Of a stretch of 64,000 bases of DNA, positions 49,764-57,226 are shown piece after piece. Origin of the DNA: a virus; the IMG/VR virus record IMGVR_UViG_3300025120_000019; one strand, 5' to 3'. The number at the start of each line of letters is the position of its first letter. Within the stretch, counting starts at the first letter, position 1. Below the pieces are notes generated by a model. It had not been told where the DNA came from and ran no database searches. It worked only from the letters and a program-made list of their open reading frames with translations. The translations under genes were made by a program, and so were the position numbers.

Positions 49764-51538
49764 TAAAAATAAAAGACCTAACAGTAAAGAACTTTATGAG
49801 TGTAGGTAATGTTACACAAGCTATCGACTTTAATAAAGAACAACTAACATTGGTTCTAGGAGAGAACCTAGACCAGGGTGGTGACGATACTGGATCACGT
49901 AATGGTACAGGTAAAACAACCATCATTAATGCATTAAGTTATGCATTGTACGGCACGGCTCTTACTAACATAAAACGTAACAATCTTATCAATAAAACGA
50001 ACTCAAAAGGTATGCTTGTTACTTTAAATTTTGAAAAAAATAACAACAAATATCGAATTGAACGAGGAAGATCTCCAAATGTTCTTAAATTTTATATAAA
50101 TGAACATGAACAAGAGGACGATTTAACTAACGAGTCACAAGGAGATAGTAGAAAGACTCAAGAAGATATAAATTCACTAATTAGTATGAGTCATGATATG
50201 TTCAAGCACGTTGTTGCATTGAATACATACACCGAACCTTTTTTAAGTATGCGAGCTAACGATCAAAGGGCTATTATTGAACAGTTACTTGGTATAACAA
50301 TACTAACCGAGAAGGCAGAAGTACTAAGAGAAAAGGTAAAAGCAACAAAAGATAGTATCGCCGAAGAAACAATTAAAATAAATGCAATAGAAGCAAGCAA
50401 TAAAAAGATCGAAGAAAGCATAAATCAATTAGCTAGTAGACAAAAAGCTTGGGTATCTAAGCAAAATATAGATATTGAAAAATTTTCTAGTGCTATAACA
50501 GAATTAGAGCAGTTAGATATTAACAACGAACTAGATTCTCACGAAAAACTTACAAACTGGATTGAGCATAATAATAGATTAACAAGTTTAAACAAAGAAA
50601 AAGCAACATTAGAAGCCGCACTAATGAGAGCAAATAAAAGTGTTACTAAAGCACAAAAAGATACACAAGATCTCGATGACGCTGTGTGTTATACTTGTGG
50701 GCAAGCTTTACCTGGTGATAAAAAAGCAGAAATACAAGAAAGAAAACAAAAAGAACTTGATGATGCTATAGCATATGAAAAAGAAGTTACTAGAAAACTA
50801 GATGCTACTATGTCTTTTTTAAATGAAATAGGTGATATAAATGGTAAGCCAACAACATTTTATGAAACAGCGAAAGAAGCTTATGAACATAGAAACAACG
50901 TGGATAATTTACGTCAAGCACTAGTAAGTAAAGAGCAAGAAGAAGATCCTTATCAAGGACAGATAGATGATTTAACAAATACTGCACTACAAGCTATAGT
51001 TTGGGATAGTGTAAACGAACTAACTAATTTAAAAGATCATCAGGAGTTTTTATTAAAGCTATTGACAAATAAAGATTCTTTCATAAGAAAAAAGATAATC
51101 GATCAAAACTTAGCATATCTTAATAACAGACTTACATACTATTTAGACAAACTAGGCTTACCGCATCAGGTTTTATTTCAAAATGATTTGAGTGTAGAAA
51201 TTACACAATTAGGACAGGATTTAGACTTTGATAATTTATCAAGAGGCGAACGTAATAGACTAATACTAGGTATGAGTTTTGCATTCCGTGACGTTTGGGA
51301 ATCATTATATCAAGGTGTTAACTTACTTTTTATTGATGAGCTAATAGACTCAGGAATGGATACTGCCGGAGTAGAAGGTGCTTTAGCTGTATTGAAAAGA
51401 ATGGGTCGAGAAAGAAGAAAAAATGTTTTTCTAATTTCTCATAAAGACGAACTTGTTGGGCGTGTTAATCATGTTATGAAAGTTATAAAAGAAAACGGCT
51501 TTACAAGTTATGAAAATGATGTGGACATAGTAGAATGA
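49760..51538 (+). CDS. Recombination ATPase subunit, gp46 (Rad50/SbcC-like)
   Basis: KNFMSVG, NGTGKT Walker A, CYTC zinc hook, LSRGE signature, FIDE Walker B, ISH. Confidence 0.93.
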   Translation: MIKIKDLTVKNFMSVGNVTQAIDFNKEQLTLVLGENLDQGGDDTGSRNGTGKTTIINALSYALYGTALTNIKRNNLINKTNSKGMLVTLNFEKNNNKYRIERGRSPNVLKFYINEHEQEDDLTNESQGDSRKTQEDINSLISMSHDMFKHVVALNTYTEPFLSMRANDQRAIIEQLLGITILTEKAEVLREKVKATKDSIAEETIKINAIEASNKKIEESINQLASRQKAWVSKQNIDIEKFSSAITELEQLDINNELDSHEKLTNWIEHNNRLTSLNKEKATLEAALMRANKSVTKAQKDTQDLDDAVCYTCGQALPGDKKAEIQERKQKELDDAIAYEKEVTRKLDATMSFLNEIGDINGKPTTFYETAKEAYEHRNNVDNLRQALVSKEQEEDPYQGQIDDLTNTALQAIVWDSVNELTNLKDHQEFLLKLLTNKDSFIRKKIIDQNLAYLNNRLTYYLDKLGLPHQVLFQNDLSVEITQLGQDLDFDNLSRGERNRLILGMSFAFRDVWESLYQGVNLLFIDELIDSGMDTAGVEGALAVLKRMGRERRKNVFLISHKDELVGRVNHVMKVIKENGFTSYENDVDIVE

Positions 51539-51783
51539 ACGATGATACACATGATCAACTTGTAAAAATATATTTAGAATACTTTAAGGCAAACGAACAA
51601 TTTGAAAGAGCTCCTAGTCTAAGAACAAAAAGAAATACTAGAGAGTTATTAAGAAAACTACGTGACTTAGCAAAAATAAGGCAAAACGAAATTAAAGAAA
51701 AATACGACATTGTACTTGAAGATATAAGAGCATCTGGTAAATGGGCAGGCAATATAGGTAAATCAAAAAAGACAAAAAAATAA
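51535..51783 (+). CDS. Small basic hypothetical protein
   Basis: ATGA overlap with the gp46-like gene; 82 aa, helical and basic. Confidence 0.7.
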   Translation: MNDDTHDQLVKIYLEYFKANEQFERAPSLRTKRNTRELLRKLRDLAKIRQNEIKEKYDIVLEDIRASGKWAGNIGKSKKTKK

Positions 51784-51804
51784 AACGGTTTGTATACATA
51801 AAGT

Positions 51805-52239
51805 ATGAGTTGGTTATATAAAGGAAAACAAGTTAAAGAAATTTCAGATGTATATGAAGGATTTGTTTACTTAATAACAAACTTAAAAGATAACCGTAAG
51901 TATGTAGGCAAGAAACTAGCAAAATTTAAAACAACCAAGCCACCATTAAAAGGCAAAAAAAACAAACGCAGAGGTCATAAAGAAAGTGACTGGCGTGAAT
52001 ACTGGGGAAGTTCAGACAGACTGAACGAAGATGTAAAAAACTTAGGCCAAAAAAACTTTACTCGAGAAATACTTTATTTTTGTAAGTCTCGCGGTGAAAT
52101 GTCATACTTAGAGGCAAGAGAACAATTTGAAAGACGTGTACTGGAAACAGATGAATACTATAATGGTATTATCAATGTAAGAGTAGGCGGTTCAAACATA
52201 CTTAGAGAAAATTTAAAGGCACATCAGGACACTGTTTAA
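51805..52239 (+). CDS. Single-domain GIY-YIG (Seg-like) endonuclease
   Basis: GFVYLITN...KYVGKK, YWGSS, FTREIL, YLEAREQ, YYN. Confidence 0.85.
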   Translation: MSWLYKGKQVKEISDVYEGFVYLITNLKDNRKYVGKKLAKFKTTKPPLKGKKNKRRGHKESDWREYWGSSDRLNEDVKNLGQKNFTREILYFCKSRGEMSYLEAREQFERRVLETDEYYNGIINVRVGGSNILRENLKAHQDTV

Positions 52240-52244
52240 AAGCC

Positions 52245-52490
52245 AAAATCCAGCCGAGGTAATGCTCGTCGCCGGTGGAGTGGTATCGTCCAACAGGCTG
52301 TATGCTACGAAAACCCTTTAGCTATAGGAACGAAGCGAGGGATAGCACTAAATTAGTGTGATGTCGACGTAGGTTGGGAAAGGTCAGAGCCCAGTAGCAA
52401 AGTCAAACACCTACTTCCGATCTCGGCCATGCTACTCGTATGAAGCTGGAGAAGGTGGAACCGCTAGTAGGTTCCGTCTGACCAATTTAT
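52245..52490 (+). ncRNA. Putative structured non-coding RNA (family unassigned; strand inferred from the upstream gene)
   Basis: No ORF of 60 aa or more; about 51% GC by hand count (52241-52480) in an AT-rich genome; many complementary segments including a 7-bp loop-distal pairing. Confidence 0.6.
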
Positions 52491-52502
52491 CTGTATGAAA
52501 CA

Positions 52503-52577
52503 TAAGTGCTTCGCACTTAAATTATAATAAAAATGTGTTTGAGCAAAAGCGAAAACACAGATGAACATCGTTCATCT
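52503..52577. repeat. Three consecutive inverted repeats/hairpins
   Basis: TAAGTGC-TTC-GCACTTA; TGTGTTT...AAACACA; AGATGAAC-ATC-GTTCATCT. Confidence 0.85.
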
Positions 52578-52584
52578 TAGAATA

Positions 52585-52592
52585 TATAAATA
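52585..52592 (+). promoter_or_regulatory. Perfect T4 late promoter TATAAATA
   Basis: Exact consensus upstream of 52620. Confidence 0.75.
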
Positions 52593-52619
52593 CATACATA
52601 ACAGTTGGAACAACTCTGA

Positions 52620-53960
52620 ATGAAAATAATACAGATTATAAACGAAGAAGTACCAAAAGGAACTGTCGTAGAAATAGACGGTAACAAGTTCACATGGCTT
52701 GGAGCTCAGTGGAAAAATGTTGCAACAAACAAGCTTGCAAGTAAAGCTGATAATAAAAAAATAAATGCTCTTCCTTCAGTAAAAGAATTAAAAGTATCTA
52801 ATAAAGTAGGAAACTTATCAATAGATAATAAAACTGTTTCATCACAAATGGTTGGCAAAGACAAGTTTGTTGTTACTTTTCAAGAAACAGAAAATGGAAA
52901 AAAAGTAAATCGTTCTGTTAGATTCAAAGATCCTAAATTAGCGGCAGGTGTTGCAAAGTCAATCAGAGAAGGTATGACTTTTAAGCAAGCATCAAAAGTT
53001 TTACCTAAAGATAGTTATAAAATATTAAACGTTGGTAAACTAATGACTAGCTTTAACATTGGTAGGTCAATGTCTAAGAGTCAAATAGATGCTTACATTG
53101 ACAAAGTAAAGGCAAAAGGAGCTAATGCACCTGGTGCCCAGAGATTCTTAAAAATAGTTAATGGCAAAATGTGGCAAGCTCTTGGAAGGTTCGGAGGGTT
53201 TGCTGGATTTCAATACTTACTTTATCAAACATTTGTTATTAACTATGATCAGGTGTTAACAGCTCCAGAAGACAGTTTTGAAAGTCCTGAAGGTAGACAA
53301 GAATTACTAGATGTAATTACTGGATTATATTCAACTCAAGTTATTCTTGGTATTGTTGCAATTTTAAGATCTGCTAAATTAACAAAATCATTTATAAACT
53401 TACTAAGAGCTCCAATAAGGGCATTTCAGGCAGGCGCATTGGTAACAGGAGCCGGAACAGTACCTGCTATTATTACAGCTATAGTTACTGAAGGTGCTTT
53501 TTTTGTTGCACTTTATGCCCTTTCAAATCCAACTGTACAAATGGAACTTGCCAAATATATTGCAAGCACAAGTGGAGGTGTCTTTTTTATAGGAGGCATA
53601 GGAAATTTAGCAAACAGTTCTATGCAAGTCCTTGATAGTTTAACAAACGGAGCCTTAGGTGGTGAAAGTTTACGAGATGCTATTGGTTTCAAAAAAGGCG
53701 TTACTAAGATGCCATCAGGAACTGCTTGGGCTTCTAGTGAATGGGCAAAACTTGCATTCCAAGATATGATTTTTCCTCCAGACATGGAAAAAATAAAAGT
53801 ACCCTATCTGTCTCCTGAGCGAAGAAGAAATGCAATATTTATTGCACTAGAAATGAAAGCACCTACTAGTACTACTACTAATCAACCTGCTCCAGGCCCT
53901 GGAGATCCTTCTGTACCTGGACTACCAACTAATCCAGATGCTCCGGCTGTACCACAGTAG
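52620..53960 (+). CDS. Hypothetical late protein with hydrophobic segments (possible internal/ejection protein)
   Basis: 446 aa; basic N-half, several hydrophobic helices, Pro-rich tail. Confidence 0.7.
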   Translation: MKIIQIINEEVPKGTVVEIDGNKFTWLGAQWKNVATNKLASKADNKKINALPSVKELKVSNKVGNLSIDNKTVSSQMVGKDKFVVTFQETENGKKVNRSVRFKDPKLAAGVAKSIREGMTFKQASKVLPKDSYKILNVGKLMTSFNIGRSMSKSQIDAYIDKVKAKGANAPGAQRFLKIVNGKMWQALGRFGGFAGFQYLLYQTFVINYDQVLTAPEDSFESPEGRQELLDVITGLYSTQVILGIVAILRSAKLTKSFINLLRAPIRAFQAGALVTGAGTVPAIITAIVTEGAFFVALYALSNPTVQMELAKYIASTSGGVFFIGGIGNLANSSMQVLDSLTNGALGGESLRDAIGFKKGVTKMPSGTAWASSEWAKLAFQDMIFPPDMEKIKVPYLSPERRRNAIFIALEMKAPTSTTTNQPAPGPGDPSVPGLPTNPDAPAVPQ

Positions 53961-53961
53961 T

Positions 53962-54159
53962 TTATAATAATGGCATTTTAGAATTTTTAGTATTTTCTAT
54001 ATTATCTTTAATAATCTTTGATATAACATCCTGATCCATAACATCAGTGTTGTACAGTAATGTATCAACAGAGAGTCCTCCTCTCATGTACCAACTGAGT
54101 CTATAGACAGTATCTTTTATTTTTTTAATATCTTCTTCAAACTCTTCGGCTAATAACAT
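53962..54159 (-). CDS. Small gp51-like/tail-chaperone extension ORF, probably reached by -1 frameshift
   Basis: LSWYMRGGLS motif; no clear SD; frame is open back to the slippery site in the upstream gene. Confidence 0.65.
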   Translation of the reverse strand: MLLAEEFEEDIKKIKDTVYRLSWYMRGGLSVDTLLYNTDVMDQDVISKIIKDNIENTKNSKMPLL

Positions 54160-54182
54160 TACTTCACTGTCATTAAGTTGTA

Positions 54183-55022
54183 TTAGCCTTTGGCGAAAAA
54201 ATCCGTTTGATCAACTGTTATCCTTAGTTGATTCTCTTTTCCGCAAGCGGCACAAACAACATTTTCAACTGGCAATAACCAAGCTTCGTATTGTGCATTA
54301 ATATGATCTTTAATAGCTTGATACATTTTAACATCATAGTTTTCTATAAAGTCAAAAATTGCTTTTATATCAGTTTCTGTTTCACCTTCGATATCAATAC
54401 TTTTTAATGAAAGTAAAATAGTTTTTAAATTTAGTTGTGCAATTTCTCTTAAAATTTTATCACGAAATTTATCTCTTTCGCTTTCTTCTACAATAGAAGG
54501 TAGTTGTATTGACATTGCACGTTGATATCCAACTGATTCTTTTTGTAAATCGGTATATTGTTGATATGTTAACGGTGATACATTAATTTTAAAATCTTGA
54601 TACATTAAGCTATCTTCAAACGTAAGTCCATTTAGATGATTAATATATTTTTGCAACTCAACTTCATACGTGTTTTCTTCTCCGCAATGTATACATTTTT
54701 GCGAAACTGACATAGTGCTACCATAAGTTGCCATTCTGATTGCTAATAGTATAGCATCAACATCTATTGATACTAGATCAAACGGCTTTAGAATAGATGG
54801 TATGCAACTTTGCATATTTGAAGCTGTTGCTTGACCGTTGATTAGAGCATCTGGTGTTTTGTAAAGAATCTCATCATTAGCAGTCATACTAAACACAGCC
54901 AAGTTAGTATAAGAATCTTCATAAAGAATACCAGGAGACTTATAATACTTTCCTTTGCTTGGTAAGTCTATATAAATCTTTGGTTGCCTTTGAAACTTCT
55001 TTAATGGGCTTTCATTTTCCAT
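54183..55022 (-). CDS. Baseplate hub assembly protein/tail chaperone, gp26-like
   Basis: IDLPSKGKYY, MTANDE, DVDAILLAIRMATYG, CIHCG and CAACG zinc pairs, C-terminal DFF. Confidence 0.8.
   Translation of the reverse strand: MENESPLKKFQRQPKIYIDLPSKGKYYKSPGILYEDSYTNLAVFSMTANDEILYKTPDALINGQATASNMQSCIPSILKPFDLVSIDVDAILLAIRMATYGSTMSVSQKCIHCGEENTYEVELQKYINHLNGLTFEDSLMYQDFKINVSPLTYQQYTDLQKESVGYQRAMSIQLPSIVEESERDKFRDKILREIAQLNLKTILLSLKSIDIEGETETDIKAIFDFIENYDVKMYQAIKDHINAQYEAWLLPVENVVCAACGKENQLRITVDQTDFFAKG
54195..54201 (-). other. Candidate -1 ribosomal frameshift heptamer T TTT TTC
   Basis: GAT TTT TTC GCC AAA GGC TAA; the -1 frame reads TTT CGC CAA AGG CTA ... GTA ATG into 53962..54159. Confidence 0.65.
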
Positions 55023-55036
55023 AAATTTTTCCTAGG

Positions 55037-55061
55037 TAAATAGTATATAACGATATTTATA
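55037..55061. promoter_or_regulatory. Face-to-face late promoter pair
   Basis: TAAATA on + (55037-42) and TATAAATA on - (55061-54) in the divergent gap. Confidence 0.65.
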
Positions 55062-55087
55062 ACCGGTATTTTTTAGGAGAATGACTT

Positions 55088-57226
55088 TTGGCGGCGTTAG
55101 ATGATTTAGTTTCTACCTCAGGTGCTGTAAACCTATTTGGTTCAGAACTTAAAGGCGCTACTAATTCTGTAGTAGGATTAGCTGGTAATTTACTTTCTGG
55201 CAGTATGAAGCTGTCTGATTACAGTAAATCTCTTGATACAAATACCAAATTATTAGGCAAACTTGGAAAAGTTGTAAATGCATTAACAATGTTTGCTGAA
55301 CAAAGTTTATCAGAATATCAAAGTTTAACCGGTATTGGTGCAAGCTTTGGCAAACAGATGACTGAAATTAAAATTGCCGCGGCAGAACTTGGTATGAGTG
55401 TAGAAGACATGACCAAGCTGTTTAAAGACAATGCAGAAGGACTTAGTGCTTTTGGGGGCAGTACAGATTCGGCTATTAGTGCATTTAGACAATTTAGTAG
55501 TAGTGTATTGTCCAGTGACGTAGGAACAGGGTTACGTAGACTAGGATACACCGTTTCTGATATAAATGAAAATTTACTAACATATGCAGAAATTGCAGAA
55601 CAAGATAATCAATTAGAGCGTAGTGTTGGTAGAGACAGAAATCAATCTGCACTTGAATTTGCTAAAGAATTAGACTCATTAAGTAAGCTTACTGGCAAAC
55701 AAAGAGACGAACTTGCTGACCAGATGAAAGAAGCAAGACGTCAAGGAGATGTACAAGCATTCCTTACAGGACAAAGTGCTGATGCAAGTGAAGCACTTAC
55801 TACAGGACTTACAAAAATAAGTTCAACAATGGGTCCTCAGTATGCAGAATTGTTTAAAGATTTATTGATACGAGGAGCACCAACAACTGATGCAACTAGA
55901 AGTGCTTTTGTTGCACTAGGAGATAGTGCAGATGAATTTCAAGCACAGGTCGATTCATTTAGATCCGGCATGAATACAGATAATTTTAGTCAGTTTGATC
56001 AATCTATATCAGAAACACAAGCGGCTTTTACAAGATATTTGAATACTGAGGAAGGTAGACAAATAGGTATGTTAGGTGGGTTAACAGACATAAGTCAAGC
56101 ACAAGGGCAACTACGTGAAGACTCTTATGTATTTGCCAATAGACTAAATGCGGCAGGCGATGCGGCTGAAGATACACTTGTAAAGTTACAGAGAATTACA
56201 ACTGAAATAGAAAGACAACAAGAAATCCAAATGGGTCAAGAAGATCCAAGGAATCTCATAGATGAAACTATTAGGTTAAACGAAACAACACGTGAGATGG
56301 TTTTAGCAACACAACAAAAAGCTTTAACAAACTTAGAAGAAATGGGTGTAACGGCATTACAAAAAGTTCAAGATGCAATGCCTAGTGTTGGCGAGATTAC
56401 AAACAAAATAGGCGGTGTAGTTGATAATTTATTTGAAGCCGCTGGAAGAGCTGATAAATTATGGAACAGCGGCAATGGTATGATAGATTTTCCAAATCTT
56501 GCCACAATGCCCGTTGAAAATTTAACGGTAAACGAAACTTCTGGTGGAAAGATTGCTACCTTAGAAAAGCAAGAAGAAGCGGCAACTATGGTATCAAAAG
56601 CAACTGATGCACAAGATATTGCTTTCACAAAAGTTGAAGATGCAACTAACAAATTAGCTGATCTACAAGCAACTGCCGCACAAATGACAACAGACGGCTT
56701 TACCAAACAGGATCCACAGTTTGCTGGTATTCAATCTGACATAGAAAGAGTTAGAGGTGATTTAGCAAAAGCAAAAAGTGAACTACTACAAAAGCAAGCA
56801 GACTTGTATACTGCACAAAGAATAAGAGATGGACGTAGAACAGGTAATTATACACGAGGATTTGCCACAGGAGGTAATATTCCAGGCGGAAAATTTGGAG
56901 TTGTTGGTGAAGCTGGTCCAGAGTTTGTATCAGGTCCTGCTAATGTAATGAGTTCAAGGTCGAGTATGGGTGTGGTAAACAACATGATGAGAACTATTAG
57001 AAACGTAGAAAACCGTGTTCAAGAAGGTGGGTCTAATGGTCAAAATTCGATAAGTAGTAATATAACTGATAGTATGGTTAGTATGCTAGAAGGTAAACTA
57101 AATGAACAAAACATGATATTACAAAATTTATTACAAGTTGAAACTACTGCATCAGAAACAGGCAAACGCCAATACAAAGCAACTAGAGGGCTAAGTGGTA
57201 ATATGCTAAAAGGAATAGGCGCATGA
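55088..57226 (+). CDS. Tape-measure-like tail protein (gp29-like)
   Basis: AGGAG SD with TTG start; long helical Ala/Gln/Glu-rich; GFATGGNIPGGKFGVVGEAGPEFV motif of tape-measure C-termini. Confidence 0.7.
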   Translation: MAALDDLVSTSGAVNLFGSELKGATNSVVGLAGNLLSGSMKLSDYSKSLDTNTKLLGKLGKVVNALTMFAEQSLSEYQSLTGIGASFGKQMTEIKIAAAELGMSVEDMTKLFKDNAEGLSAFGGSTDSAISAFRQFSSSVLSSDVGTGLRRLGYTVSDINENLLTYAEIAEQDNQLERSVGRDRNQSALEFAKELDSLSKLTGKQRDELADQMKEARRQGDVQAFLTGQSADASEALTTGLTKISSTMGPQYAELFKDLLIRGAPTTDATRSAFVALGDSADEFQAQVDSFRSGMNTDNFSQFDQSISETQAAFTRYLNTEEGRQIGMLGGLTDISQAQGQLREDSYVFANRLNAAGDAAEDTLVKLQRITTEIERQQEIQMGQEDPRNLIDETIRLNETTREMVLATQQKALTNLEEMGVTALQKVQDAMPSVGEITNKIGGVVDNLFEAAGRADKLWNSGNGMIDFPNLATMPVENLTVNETSGGKIATLEKQEEAATMVSKATDAQDIAFTKVEDATNKLADLQATAAQMTTDGFTKQDPQFAGIQSDIERVRGDLAKAKSELLQKQADLYTAQRIRDGRRTGNYTRGFATGGNIPGGKFGVVGEAGPEFVSGPANVMSSRSSMGVVNNMMRTIRNVENRVQEGGSNGQNSISSNITDSMVSMLEGKLNEQNMILQNLLQVETTASETGKRQYKATRGLSGNMLKGIGA

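Noticed and set aside
51805-52239. GIY-YIG gene as an inserted mobile homing element
   Set aside because: No intron or intein context, no DNA-binding extension and no insertion scars; composition matches its neighbours.
52240-52500. Group I/II intron, tRNA, tmRNA, RNase P, SRP or hammerhead identity for the GC-rich gap
   Set aside because: Flanking genes are not split, and I found no cloverleaf, group I P7 pair, group II domain V, CUGANGA/GAAA core or RNase P/SRP signature by eye. A covariance search is still needed.
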